A DNA stretch of 64,000 nucleotides from Polyangiaceae bacterium (GTDB lineage Bacteria; Myxococcota_A; Polyangia; Polyangiales; Polyangiaceae), in the NCBI GenBank assembly GCA_035273265.1, contig DATEPG010000298.1:14669-78668 (forward strand), in the 5' to 3' direction. This document shows positions 40,454 through 50,454 of this stretch, one piece after another (the stretch's first letter is position 1; every line of letters begins with the position of its first letter). Under the pieces are notes generated by a model. It worked only from the letters and a program-made list of their open reading frames with translations, ran no database searches and was not told the DNA's origin. The translations under genes and the position numbers were made by a program.

Positions 40454-40951
40454 GTGGCGGATCCGATCACGATCCGCCCGGCACTGCCCGCTGATTGCGC
40501 TGCGATCAACGACATCTACAACCACTACGTGCTGCACGACACGTGCACCTACCAGCTCGAGCCCGAGACGCTCGAGGCGCGGTTCGCCTGGCTGGAGCAA
40601 CACGACGGGAAGCACCCAGTGCTGGTCGCGGAGCAGCGAGGCGAGCTGCTGGCGTGGGGCTCGTTGTCCGCCTTTCACTCGCGCGTGGGCTATCGCTTCA
40701 GCGTCGAGGATTCAGTTTATGTTCGGCACGACCGACAGCATCGTGGGCTCGGCAAGGCGCTGCTCGCGGAGCTGCTCGCGGCGGCGCAGAGTCACGGTCA
40801 CCACACCGTGATCGCCCTGATTTCAGCGGACAAGTCGAACAGCATCGCGCTTCACCAGAGCTTCGGCTTCACGCCCGTGGGCTTGCTGCGGCAGGTGGGC
40901 TACAAGTTCGAGACTTGGCTGGATGTCGCCTACCTGCAGCTAATGCTGTGA
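40454..40951 (+). CDS. GNAT N-acetyltransferase (Pat/YncA-MddA family)
   Basis: IYNHYV, EDSVYV, RGLGKALL, SIALH..GF, VGYKF..WLD. Confidence 0.92.
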   Translation: MADPITIRPALPADCAAINDIYNHYVLHDTCTYQLEPETLEARFAWLEQHDGKHPVLVAEQRGELLAWGSLSAFHSRVGYRFSVEDSVYVRHDRQHRGLGKALLAELLAAAQSHGHHTVIALISADKSNSIALHQSFGFTPVGLLRQVGYKFETWLDVAYLQLML

Positions 40952-41007
40952 GCGGGGCCCCTGCCGACGCGCAAATCGACCAACGCCCCGGTACCCCGCC
41001 AAGGGCG

Positions 41008-42394
41008 TCACGACAATTGCTCACGCTCGACCACACTCGGCCGTAGTTCGACGGAATCGTGATCCTGGTTTCGGCGAGCGCGACTACACCGCTGAGGGAA
41101 TGGGTTCCCGGAAGAGAGCTCCTCGCGATAATCGCCCGCAATCGGGAGCCAGAAAGGCACCGTTTGCTCCTGGTCCGAGAAGTTGACCGCGACCAAAGTG
41201 TAGTTCCCGGCCTGGTAGCGCGCGTACAGCAGCAGGTTGCGCGAACAATAACGCTCCCAATCATTGAAGAAGAAATACTCACCGAGGCGTGTCTGCGGCA
41301 GCGTACGACGAAGCGTGAGCAGCTTGCGTACCAAGCCGACCAAGGCAGTCCCTGGCTCGTCGTAGAACAACTCCCAGCGCAGCGGTCGAAGTAGGCTGAC
41401 CCGACCGTCTCCGTTTTCGGGCAACCAGTAGTTCTCACCGAACTCCTGACCTTGCCAGAGCATCGGCGTGCCCTTACTCAAGAGCAGCGCGATCAGATAG
41501 GGCTGGAGCTTGAACCAGCGGCTACGGTCACCTTGGTTGAACAGATAGTTGCCAGCCTCGTCCGGGTTCACCAAGCCAAAGTTACAAATGAAGCGCTCGT
41601 GGTCGCGGTTCTCGATGTACTGAAACGCAGATTTGGGCATGATGCCATCGGCCGTTGCCAGTTGCTGCGGGTAGCCGAACAGACCGAGCGAAAATCCGAG
41701 ATCGACTAGGCGCCGCTGATCACCTCGCGCAAAGTCCTTGGCCGCGCCGAGGGTGCTATTTTGCCAGGTGGAGTTCGAATAGCTCGAGTTCAAGATCTCG
41801 ACTGGGCCTTCCGATCGCGGAGACATTCGAGAGCGGCATGACCTCGATTGCATTCACGCCCAAATCACGCAGGTAGGCGAGGAGCAGGGCTGCTCGAGTG
41901 AGGTCACCGCCGAATTCCGCGACGTCGATCTCGTACACGACCAAGTCACTGAGCGCCGGCGTCTTCCAGTTGGATTCCGCGGCGCTCCACGCGTAGGGCC
42001 GATAGCCGAGCGTGAACGCCGATAGCTTGCCTGCTGCAAATTCGCGCGCATACGGGTCGACGATCCAATCCAAAGTGCCGACCCGAGCGTTCCGCAGGCA
42101 ATAGCGGTAAATGTAGCGACCTGCACTACCCCATGCCTGGCCCGGAACCAAATCGGTGTTGGCGATCGGAACCGTCGCGGACCAGTAGTCCCCGTAGGGT
42201 GCGCGTACCTGATGAGTCATCGCAAATTCGCGCGCCGGCACCGCTTTCAAGAATTGATCGTGCTCGTGGATGAGCTTGACCGACAGCGAATTTCCCCCCT
42301 CCGCCGTAACCCAGGGCAACCAGATGCCGAAGGTGACGCTGCCGTTCGACTCGACCGCCCTCAGCACGCCCAAATCCAACAACGAGGCTCCCAT
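41008..42394 (-). pseudogene. Disrupted GH13 alpha-amylase/branching-enzyme-like gene
   Basis: N-part DPYAR, VYEIDV, DLGVNAIEVMP; jumps out of frame near 41815 to the C-part (ENRDHER, PMLWQGQEFG); catalytic core missing; second frameshift near 41110. Confidence 0.85.
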
Positions 42395-42556
42395 GAATGA
42401 AGCCTACCTTGGCCAAGGTTTCGTTTCTGTGGAAATTCACGTCGCCCGCGCCGCGAATGCCGCGAACGAAAATAGGCCTACGACTCAGCTCGGATAACGG
42501 CAGCAACGCCGTGCAGTTACTGGCCTCGGCGACGCCCAGCGTGCTGCACTGCGCTG

Positions 42557-45262
42557 CTAGCCAGCGAGCTGTACGCCGTCGGCGTCGACCGCGTCTCGGT
42601 CGACGCGCATCGTGCCAGAGATGGGATCCGAGGGCAGGGCTTTCAGCTCGCTCAGCAGACTGAATTCGGGGGTGACCGAGTTGCGCGCGGAGGAGCGCGA
42701 ACGGTAGCGAGCGAAGATGTCGTCCGCCATCTCGCGCAGCTTGATGACCTGGGAGCGGATCTCGGGGTTGTTGAAGCGGTGAGCGAACAGGCAGAAGGCC
42801 CGGTAGGTCTTGGCCAGCTCGAGCTCGTCACCGACTTCCTTGGCTAGCTGGATCGAACGCATGAAGTGGTCGACTGCTAGACCTTCTCGACTTTCACCCC
42901 AAGCCCCGGCCACGGTGACCGTGCCCAAGGTGCGCAAAGCGCGCATCAACAGTGACTTGCTGCGCGTATTTCGAGCCAAGCTGTATGCGGTCTCGGCCGC
43001 GCCGCCTGCCGCTCTTAGGTCACCAATCGCGAGGTACGAGCCGGACAGCCCCCGCTCGACTTCGGCGTGGGTCATGGCGTCGCCAACCTCGACCGCCAAC
43101 ACGCGCGCATCGAGAAAGATCGACAAGGCACGCTTCGATTCCCCCAGGCAGGCGTATGCCGTGCCGAGCAAGGCCAACACCGGTAGCGTACGCGCTCGGT
43201 CGCCTACCGATTCTGCGACGCGCTGCGCCTGCGTCAGTAAGTCGACGGCCTTGCTGTACTCGGTCAGACGCATGCACAGCTCGGCCTGTGCCTCCAGGCT
43301 CTCGATCTGCCCGCTGCGGTCATCGATTCGCGAGCGGATCTGGAGCGCTGCACCAAACGCCTGCTCGGCATCGCTCAGCTGACCACGGTCCAAACAGACC
43401 GCGCCGATGTTGTTCAAACTGAGGGCGATGGAGCGTGGGTCGGCCAACTGCTTGCGCAACTCGAAGGCAGTGCGCATCTCGCGCAGCGCGACCTCCAAGT
43501 CTCCGCGCATCCAAGCCAAGCGCCCCAGGTCGTCTCGCGCCCCGGCCACGCCCCGTTCATCCGCCACCGACTCGAACGCCTCGAGCGCGCGCTGTAAGTG
43601 CTTTTGTGCTTCTTCGAGCCGGCCGGTTTGACGAAATACGCGGCCGATCCGGCTATGTGCGGCGCCGGCTTTGGCGGTCTTCCCCGAGTGGCGGGCCAGC
43701 CGCAACATCTCCTCGAAGGCGTTCAACGCCTCTGAGGTCCGACCGAGCGCGACCAGCACATCACCTTGGTCGTGAAGGGCCTGGATGCGCTGCTCTCCGT
43801 CGTCGTCGGTCAGCAGCTTGAGCGCTGACTCGAACAGCGGCGCCGCCTGTTCTGGGGCGTACTGCGTACGCGCCAGAGACGCGGCGGAGAGGTAAGCCTC
43901 GGCTGCGCGAATGTCATTACCGCCGGCCTCGAAGTGACGCCCAGCCAGCGCGTCGAAGGCAGAGTTCGACCGCTGCTCGGGCAACTCGGAGAGCCACTGA
44001 CCCACGACGCGGTGGTAGCGCCGCCGCCGCTCGCTGCCGACCCGGGCCAAAGCACATTCCCGTTCCGTTTGTCGCACGAACGAGAATTCGCGTTCGCAGG
44101 GAATTGTCGGGTTCTTGCATTCCACCAGCAGGCCCCGCCGTTCCAGAGAGTGCAAGGTGTGGCCCAATTCAGGCTCGACGTGCCGTCCAGTCGCTTCGCC
44201 CGCATCACAGCGCGCGAGCGCAACCAGCGCGCCGAACCAGAGCGGCTCGCCGGCAATGGCCGCGTATTCGAGCACGCGCATCTCCGACGATGAGAGAGTG
44301 GAGCCAGAGGTCGCGTCGGAGTCCGGCGTCAGCTGAAATTCGGCGAGACGCTCGGGAACGTAGCGGCAGCGACCGATGCTCAGTCCGGAGACCAGCACCC
44401 CGCACTCGAAGAATGCGCGCACGGATCGCTCGATGAGCTTGGGATTGCCGTGTGCGTGCTCGTCCACCACGCGGTACAAATCCAGGGGCACTCCGCCCTC
44501 GCAGCCAGCCAAAATGGCGTTCAGCAAAAGGTCCCCTTCCTCGCAGCTCAGCCGAGGTAGCTCGAACAGCTCGTGGTTGGGTGCACCAAAGGCAGTCCAC
44601 AGCTCGCGTTGCGCGAAGAACTCGGAGGAGCCGGTAAAGACGATCAGCACCCGGCTGAAGAGTGTCTCTGCCAGAAATAGCGCTAGATCGAGCGACTCAT
44701 AGTCCGCGTGCTGCAGATCCTCGAAGATCAAGCAGATTGGCGCACGCTTGGCGTCCGTCTCCACGAAATTTGCCAAGATCGACTGCTGAACCACGCCCGC
44801 ATGGAACGGATCGACCGACCAGGCGCGTGTCAGTGGAGTGCCTGCGCTGCGCACTCCGAAGAGGCTACCTAGGAAATAGCAAACCTCCTCCACCTTCTCT
44901 TCAGGCAGCACCTCGGTCGCGTGGGCGCGCAGGAGAGCCTCCTGATCGTGCATGGCGTAGGTCTCATCGATATCGAAGCGCCGTTGCAACAGGCGTGCGA
45001 TCAACGCGTGGGCGCCGTCGCCTGGCACGGCTCGAGCCCGAAAGACGCGCTCGGGGAACAAACCGCGCTCCGAAAAGCGTTCGCACAGCTCATCGATGAA
45101 GCGGGTCTTGCCTGAGCCGTCTCCACCGGAAACGGTGATCACCCGACGCTCGCCGTTCTCGCACACGCGGCCGGCGGTATCGGCTGCCCGCTCGACCTCT
45201 GCCTCGCGACCCACCATATGCACCCACGGCAACTCGACTACGACTTTGGCATCGGACTTCAT
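42557..45262 (-). CDS. STAND-like AAA ATPase with TPR repeats
   Basis: MVGREAE, GGDGSGKT, FEDLQHAD, GNP motif, long C-terminal TPR array. Confidence 0.9.
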   Translation of the reverse strand: MKSDAKVVVELPWVHMVGREAEVERAADTAGRVCENGERRVITVSGGDGSGKTRFIDELCERFSERGLFPERVFRARAVPGDGAHALIARLLQRRFDIDETYAMHDQEALLRAHATEVLPEEKVEEVCYFLGSLFGVRSAGTPLTRAWSVDPFHAGVVQQSILANFVETDAKRAPICLIFEDLQHADYESLDLALFLAETLFSRVLIVFTGSSEFFAQRELWTAFGAPNHELFELPRLSCEEGDLLLNAILAGCEGGVPLDLYRVVDEHAHGNPKLIERSVRAFFECGVLVSGLSIGRCRYVPERLAEFQLTPDSDATSGSTLSSSEMRVLEYAAIAGEPLWFGALVALARCDAGEATGRHVEPELGHTLHSLERRGLLVECKNPTIPCEREFSFVRQTERECALARVGSERRRRYHRVVGQWLSELPEQRSNSAFDALAGRHFEAGGNDIRAAEAYLSAASLARTQYAPEQAAPLFESALKLLTDDDGEQRIQALHDQGDVLVALGRTSEALNAFEEMLRLARHSGKTAKAGAAHSRIGRVFRQTGRLEEAQKHLQRALEAFESVADERGVAGARDDLGRLAWMRGDLEVALREMRTAFELRKQLADPRSIALSLNNIGAVCLDRGQLSDAEQAFGAALQIRSRIDDRSGQIESLEAQAELCMRLTEYSKAVDLLTQAQRVAESVGDRARTLPVLALLGTAYACLGESKRALSIFLDARVLAVEVGDAMTHAEVERGLSGSYLAIGDLRAAGGAAETAYSLARNTRSKSLLMRALRTLGTVTVAGAWGESREGLAVDHFMRSIQLAKEVGDELELAKTYRAFCLFAHRFNNPEIRSQVIKLREMADDIFARYRSRSSARNSVTPEFSLLSELKALPSDPISGTMRVDRDAVDADGVQLAG

Positions 45263-46515
45263 GATTGACCTCGTGTCAGCGGACGATAAAGGCGATCGTG
45301 TCTCTGGGCGCGCTCGAGCGAATCGCGAGTCGGGGCCGGAACTTTGGGCGCATCGCTAGCCGCAAACTGCGGCATTTCCTCGACCGCAGCTCGCGCCAAC
45401 TCGAGCAATTCGCGGCCGCGTTCCTTGCCCGTAGGAAAGAGCCCGGACAGCCATTCAGCGACGTCCATCGCGAGCAGCGAGCTTCCGGAGTGCGTCAGGT
45501 AGCGCTCGAGGGCGCGTGATAGCTCGGCTGCGGAAGCGTAGCGCTGGCTGCGATCGCGGGCCAGAGCGCGAAGCACGATCTGATCGAGTTCACTCGATAC
45601 GTGCGGGTTGAACCGAGACGGCGCTACGATCTTCCGCGATACCACGTCCATCACCGTCTCGCCCTCGCTCGAACAGCGAAACAGCTTGCGCGCCGTGAGC
45701 ATCTCCCAGAGCACTGCGCCCAGAGCCCAGATGTCGACGCCGTGGTCGACGTTGGCTCCTCGCAGCTGTTCGGGCGCCATGTAGGCCAACGTGCCCTTGA
45801 GCCGCCCGCCGTGAGTCTGCTGCAAACGGTGACGAGCGCGCGCGACGCCGAAGTTCGTGACGCGCACCGTACCGTCGTACAAGACGAACAGATTGTGAGG
45901 CGTCACGTTGCGGTGAATGACGTCCTGGCTGCGGCCGTCGGCGTCGCACAGCGAATGGACTGCGTGTAACCCTTCCGCCAAATTTGCGACGATGCGCGCC
46001 GCAATGTGCGGAAAATTAGGCTGGTGTAGGTTCTTCTCGCCCGCGCAGGCCAGAGCCTTGGATAGCGGTTCACCATCCAAGAATTCCATGGCGATGTAGT
46101 AGCTCTGCTCCGCGCGTCCGAAGTCGAACACGCTGCACACGTAGGGGTGAGCCACCTGCGCTGCGATGCGCGCTTCGTCGACGAACGCCTCGTAGAATTC
46201 TTTGGCCTGCGCCAAGTGTGGGTGCATGCGCTTGACCGCGACGAACTTCTCGAAGCCAAAGACGCCGCGATTGATCGCTAGGTGCATCGTCGCCATGCCC
46301 CCTGATGCAATCTCGCACACCAACCGAAACGGTCCAGTGTGATCCAATATCGGCACGGGGAACAAGTGTCCGAGCGGCCCGGACACCGCGTTGCTCACTG
46401 GTGCTGTTTTTAGGCGCGAGATCGACTCCGCGAGCAGCTTTGCGGTCGGCTGACTCGACGAGGCATCGAGCTCGACCGCGAGCGCGCCAAAATCCCCCCG
46501 GATTCTCTCTGACAT
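45259..46515 (-). CDS. Ser/Thr protein kinase homologue, probable pseudokinase
   Basis: ASGGMA, VAVK, YMAPE and DIWALG are present, but HRN replaces HRD and NFG replaces DFG. Confidence 0.9.
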   Translation of the reverse strand: MSERIRGDFGALAVELDASSSQPTAKLLAESISRLKTAPVSNAVSGPLGHLFPVPILDHTGPFRLVCEIASGGMATMHLAINRGVFGFEKFVAVKRMHPHLAQAKEFYEAFVDEARIAAQVAHPYVCSVFDFGRAEQSYYIAMEFLDGEPLSKALACAGEKNLHQPNFPHIAARIVANLAEGLHAVHSLCDADGRSQDVIHRNVTPHNLFVLYDGTVRVTNFGVARARHRLQQTHGGRLKGTLAYMAPEQLRGANVDHGVDIWALGAVLWEMLTARKLFRCSSEGETVMDVVSRKIVAPSRFNPHVSSELDQIVLRALARDRSQRYASAAELSRALERYLTHSGSSLLAMDVAEWLSGLFPTGKERGRELLELARAAVEEMPQFAASDAPKVPAPTRDSLERAQRHDRLYRPLTRGQS

Positions 46516-46527
46516 GCATCGGCGTAC

Positions 46528-46543
46528 TGCAATTGGAGTGCCA
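46528..46543 (-). promoter_or_regulatory. Sigma54 (-24/-12) promoter
   Basis: TGGCACTCCAATTGCA on the minus strand just upstream of the pseudokinase ATG. Confidence 0.75.
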
Positions 46544-46766
46544 CGCGGCTAGCCGCGGAATTGCTCGCTGACGTGATGTCGTGCCCGACGCAAGTGCAAC
46601 TTCCCGCACCTCATAGTGCAATTCTGCGTGAGGCATCGCGCGCAACGCTCGCTGTCAGCTCGACGTGCTGACGGCTCGCTTCGAGTTTTCCTTCGACCTC
46701 TAGCCGTGCTTGAATTCACGTGAGGCGACCCTCGCTCCTCGCTCGGACTCGGGCCGGGTGCGCTGA

Positions 46767-47564
46767 TCAGCGGGAGGTGAACGGAGAGACCAAGTCACCG
46801 ACGCGCAATACACCGGTGTCATCGTGGATCAGGTTCATCCCGAACCACACCTTCTGATCGTCCAAGCGGTATTTGGCCAGGGTGCGCAGCGGCTCCTTGC
46901 CTCGTTCGCCGGTCACGGGATCGACGCCCGTGATCACGCAGCGTTCGCAACGCTTCGGGCCGCGGAAGGAGAGCTCCCCGACGTGCACTCGGGCATAGCC
47001 ATCTTCCGCGAACGGCTCAGAGTCGCTGATCACGATGTTCGGTCGGAAGCGATCCATGGTGACCGGTACTTCGAGCCGCGCGTTGAGATCGGCGAGTGAT
47101 GCCTCGGAGATCATCAAGAACGGATAGGCGTCTGCAAAACTCACGATGTCGCCCGGGTTCGCGCGCATCGGATTGACCTGCCGCTGGTGATGCTCGGGCA
47201 TGTAGACGAGCTCGTGCGGCGCCCCGAGATAGTCGGAGAACCAAGCACTGCCGAGCGCGTGCGAGGCGCCCACAGCGCGATCCTGCCAAATTTGCACTTC
47301 GCGTGCTTCGCCGGTCTCGTACGCGAGCGGCACGCAGAGCTCCGGCTGCCTCGGCGCCGTCAGCCGCAGCTGAGCTCCGTCTAGCTCGGTGTGCACCAGA
47401 GCAAGCTGCGCGAGCTCACGCTGAGTCACGAAATTGCCACGTTCGTCGACGAGCATCCAGCGCCGGTCAGCGGCGAAACCGCGGGCGACCACCGGCCACT
47501 CTTGTACTCGGATGCCGCGGCAGGACTTGACTGGATAGATGTAGAGGGCAGAGACAAAAGGCAC
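46767..47564 (-). CDS. MOSC-domain protein (YcbX/mARC-like)
   Basis: IYPVKSC, DRRWML, FADAYP, RFRPNIV, CERC. Confidence 0.95.
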   Translation of the reverse strand: MPFVSALYIYPVKSCRGIRVQEWPVVARGFAADRRWMLVDERGNFVTQRELAQLALVHTELDGAQLRLTAPRQPELCVPLAYETGEAREVQIWQDRAVGASHALGSAWFSDYLGAPHELVYMPEHHQRQVNPMRANPGDIVSFADAYPFLMISEASLADLNARLEVPVTMDRFRPNIVISDSEPFAEDGYARVHVGELSFRGPKRCERCVITGVDPVTGERGKEPLRTLAKYRLDDQKVWFGMNLIHDDTGVLRVGDLVSPFTSR

Positions 47565-47782
47565 GAGCGCAAGATAGCAGGGCCGCGCTCAACCTGAGGC
47601 AGCTCGCCACGCTGCACGCTCGACCCCACGAGTTAGGCCAGTTCGCCACATAGGCCCTGTACCGTTGCCTTTAGAATGCGTTGAAAAATAGCGTTTTCCT
47701 TCGCGTTGCAGGGCCGGACCGGGGAATGGAAGCGCTTGGCGTGGGTTGTGCACGGCATAGCCGGTTTCCAAAGGAGGAATGC

Positions 47783-48373
47783 ATGGGATTTTTAGGTCGT
47801 TTGCTGGGTGTAGAGAGTGACACAGATCGGCAACCCGTAGCGCCTGCGGGCCGCACCTCCGCCGCGTCACGAGGGGTGGACAGCGATCAGCAGGCAATCG
47901 ACCGCTATCGCTACATGCTGCGCACGGCACCCCCGGAAACTCTGGAGCAGGCCCACGCCGAGGCGTTCGCGAAGCTCACGAACGACCAGCGGCAGCGCTT
48001 GTTGGCCGAGTTAGCCGCGTCTGCCCCAGCCGCGGAGCGCGGCACGATCGCCGCTACCCCAGTGGACGATACACGAGCGCTAGCGCGGGTCGCAACGCGC
48101 GCTGAAGTGCGCCAGCCCGGGATTCTCGAGCGCACGATGGGAGCGGGAGGTTTGGGTTTCGGGGCCAATCTGCTGTCGAGCTTTGCAATGGGCTTCGTCG
48201 GTAGCATGGTTGCGCAGAGCTTCTTTTCTGCCTTGGGCGGCTTCGACGGCGCGGGCTCCGAAGCGAGTGCCAGCGAGGCGGATGGCAGCGAGACAGACGA
48301 CGGACAGACGGCGCTTGCTGACGACTCGGACAGCTTCGACGACGGTGGCGATATGGGTGATTTCGAGGTCTGA
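47783..48373 (+). CDS. Hypothetical protein with acidic tail
   Basis: AAGGAGG RBS before MGFLGRLLG; RYRYMLRTAPPETLEQAHAEAF. Confidence 0.8.
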   Translation: MGFLGRLLGVESDTDRQPVAPAGRTSAASRGVDSDQQAIDRYRYMLRTAPPETLEQAHAEAFAKLTNDQRQRLLAELAASAPAAERGTIAATPVDDTRALARVATRAEVRQPGILERTMGAGGLGFGANLLSSFAMGFVGSMVAQSFFSALGGFDGAGSEASASEADGSETDDGQTALADDSDSFDDGGDMGDFEV

Positions 48374-48376
48374 TCG

Positions 48377-48925
48377 CTAATTTCCCGTGCTGCCCGCGCT
48401 TCGCGCACTGTGCGGCGCGCTTTCCGTGCTTTCCGTGCTCTCCGAGCTACCCGCGCTTGCCGAGCTGCCCGCACTTTCCGAGTTACCCGCGCTCGGCCTG
48501 ACTAGGCGCAGAATGCCGTAGGCCAGGGCTGCGGTGAAAACGGCGAGCACGTACGCCCCGACGCCCGCCGCGGAGCCGAGCGCGCCCGCGACCCATACGC
48601 TAGCAGCCGTGGTGATGCCGGAGACATGACCGCGGTTCTGGATGATTGCGCCCGCGCCCAAGAAGCCGATGCCGCCAATCACGCCTTGGAGTACGCGCGT
48701 GGGGTCGAAGCCATCACCAGTCTTGGGCGAGAGGTGTGCGCCGACTTCGAATCCCAGCAAAGTAAAGCTGGCGGAACCGAGCGCGACCAACATATGCGTA
48801 CGTAGCCCGGCTGGTTTGTCGGCGCGTTCCCGATCCCAACCGATCAGTGCTCCGATTGCGATCGCCACCAATAGCCGGAGCCCGACCTCGGTCACCGAAG
48901 CCCCCTTGGTCCAAGTGATGTCCAT
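48377..48925 (-). CDS. MgtC/SapB family membrane protein
   Basis: IGWDRE..KPAGLRTH, DPTRV, GIGFLGAG, GITTAA. Confidence 0.93.
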   Translation of the reverse strand: MDITWTKGASVTEVGLRLLVAIAIGALIGWDRERADKPAGLRTHMLVALGSASFTLLGFEVGAHLSPKTGDGFDPTRVLQGVIGGIGFLGAGAIIQNRGHVSGITTAASVWVAGALGSAAGVGAYVLAVFTAALAYGILRLVRPSAGNSESAGSSASAGSSESTESTESAPHSARSAGSTGN

Positions 48926-48937
48926 GCCAACGCCCGT

Positions 48938-48953
48938 TGCAATTGGCGTACCC
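48938..48953 (-). promoter_or_regulatory. Sigma54-like promoter for the MgtC-family gene
   Basis: GGGTACGCCAATTGCA (GG-N10-GC) on the minus strand. Confidence 0.55.
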
Positions 48954-48981
48954 CGGAACGTCTACGCCCCGATTTTGTCGA

Positions 48982-49013
48982 TTGACCTAAACAGGTATTT
49001 GGTTTACCAGTTT
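48982..49013 (+). promoter_or_regulatory. -35 box plus putative NsrR/Rrf2 operator
   Basis: TTGACC followed by the AT-rich inverted repeat AAACAGGTA-7 nt-TACCAGTTT (1 mismatch), upstream of the globin operon. Confidence 0.65.
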
Positions 49014-49074
49014 TGGGCGCGCTGGCGAGGCGCGCAAGGCGAACTTCCAGAAAGTCAGAAAGCGAGAACGAAAC

Positions 49075-49434
49075 ATGAGCGCATCCATTTATGACCGACT
49101 CGGCGGCGAGGCAGCGGTCGACGCGGCAGTAGACATCTTCTATCGCAAAGTTCTGGCCGACGACCGCATCTCGAATTTCTTCGACGACCTCGACATGGAT
49201 CGCCAACGCGCCAAGCAAAAGGCGTTTTTGACGTTCGCGTTCGGCGGGCCCAACGCCTACGCCGGCAAGGACATGCGCGCCGCCCATGCTCGGATGAAGC
49301 TCACCGAGCTGCACTTCAATGCCGTCATGGAGAACCTCGGCGCCACGCTGGCCGAACTCGGCGTTCCCCCCGAGCTAATTGGCGAAGCTGCCGCCATCGC
49401 GCTCAGCGTCAAGAGCGACATCGTGAGCAGCTGA
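49075..49434 (+). CDS. glbN: Group 1 truncated hemoglobin
   Basis: IYDRLGG, FYRKVLAD, AFGGPNAY.G.DM.AAH, HFNAV. Confidence 0.93.
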   Translation: MSASIYDRLGGEAAVDAAVDIFYRKVLADDRISNFFDDLDMDRQRAKQKAFLTFAFGGPNAYAGKDMRAAHARMKLTELHFNAVMENLGATLAELGVPPELIGEAAAIALSVKSDIVSS

Positions 49435-49444
49435 GGAGCCTCGA

Positions 49445-50425
49445 ATGCTACGGTTCGAAGGCAGTGACTACCCGATCGAAGACGGCGAGAGCGTGCTCGA
49501 CTGCTTGCTGCGGCACGGCCAGCAAGTGAACTCGCTGTGCCGCAGCGGGGCCTGTCAATCCTGCCTCCTGCAAGCGACTTCGGGGGAAGTGCCGGCGGCG
49601 GCGCAACTCGGCTTGAAAGATGCCTGGAAACAGCAGGGATTCTTGCTGTCGTGCGTTTGCCGACCGCGAGCAGATTTGGTGCTCGAACGCTGCGACGCCG
49701 CTGCTTCGCACCCCTCGCTGGTCAATCGGGTAACTTTGCTGGCTCCCGGCGTGATTGGCGTGCGGCTCGCGCGCCCGCCCGGCTTCGATTTTCGAGCCGG
49801 GCAGTTCGTGCAGCTGTCGCGGCCGGGCGATGGCTTGATGCGTCCCTATTCCATCGCCTCCACGCCGAGCGACGACGAGCTCGAGCTGCACGTCGCGCTG
49901 CTTGCGGACGGGCAGATGAGCGGCTGGCTGTGCGAGGCGGTTGGCCAGAACGTCACGCTCCGAGGTCCGTTTGGTGAGTGCTTTTATCAAGAAGGCGAAC
50001 CGGATCGACCGCTCGTGCTCGCGGGCACTGGCACCGGGCTCGCGCCCTTGCTGGGCGTGCTCAGGACGGCCGCCCAGCACGGCCATCGCGGCGAGATTTC
50101 GCTGTTTCATGGCAGCCCGCAGCCTTCTGGCATTTATCTGCGAGCCGAGCTCGAGGCATTGACCGAGTCTTTGCCCGGCCTGCGCCTTTTTGGCAGCTTG
50201 CTGTCGGGACCGGAAAGTGAGCTCGGCGTGCAAGGCCTCTGGCAGCTCGAGCTCGCGCCCCTCGATCAATCCGTTTTCTCGCGCTACCCCAAGCTCGATG
50301 CGCATCGGCTGTTCGTGTGCGGTCAGCCCAAACTGGTGCAATCACTCCGGAAGCGCGCCTACTTGGCAGGCGCGTCACTCAGCCGCATTCACTGTGACGC
50401 GTTCGCGGGACCGCACTCGGCCTAG
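49445..50425 (+). CDS. 2Fe-2S ferredoxin / FAD-NAD(P) reductase
   Basis: CRSGACQSC..C, RPYSIAS, GPFG, GTGTGLAP, VCG. Confidence 0.93.
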   Translation: MLRFEGSDYPIEDGESVLDCLLRHGQQVNSLCRSGACQSCLLQATSGEVPAAAQLGLKDAWKQQGFLLSCVCRPRADLVLERCDAAASHPSLVNRVTLLAPGVIGVRLARPPGFDFRAGQFVQLSRPGDGLMRPYSIASTPSDDELELHVALLADGQMSGWLCEAVGQNVTLRGPFGECFYQEGEPDRPLVLAGTGTGLAPLLGVLRTAAQHGHRGEISLFHGSPQPSGIYLRAELEALTESLPGLRLFGSLLSGPESELGVQGLWQLELAPLDQSVFSRYPKLDAHRLFVCGQPKLVQSLRKRAYLAGASLSRIHCDAFAGPHSA

Positions 50426-50454
50426 CGTGCGATCAATTTCGCGGGAGTCGCATC

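Noticed and set aside
48415..48495. Short tandem repeats at the end of the MgtC-family gene
   Set aside because: They encode a low-complexity S/A/G/E tail (SAGSSA, ESTESTES); no evidence of a separate element.
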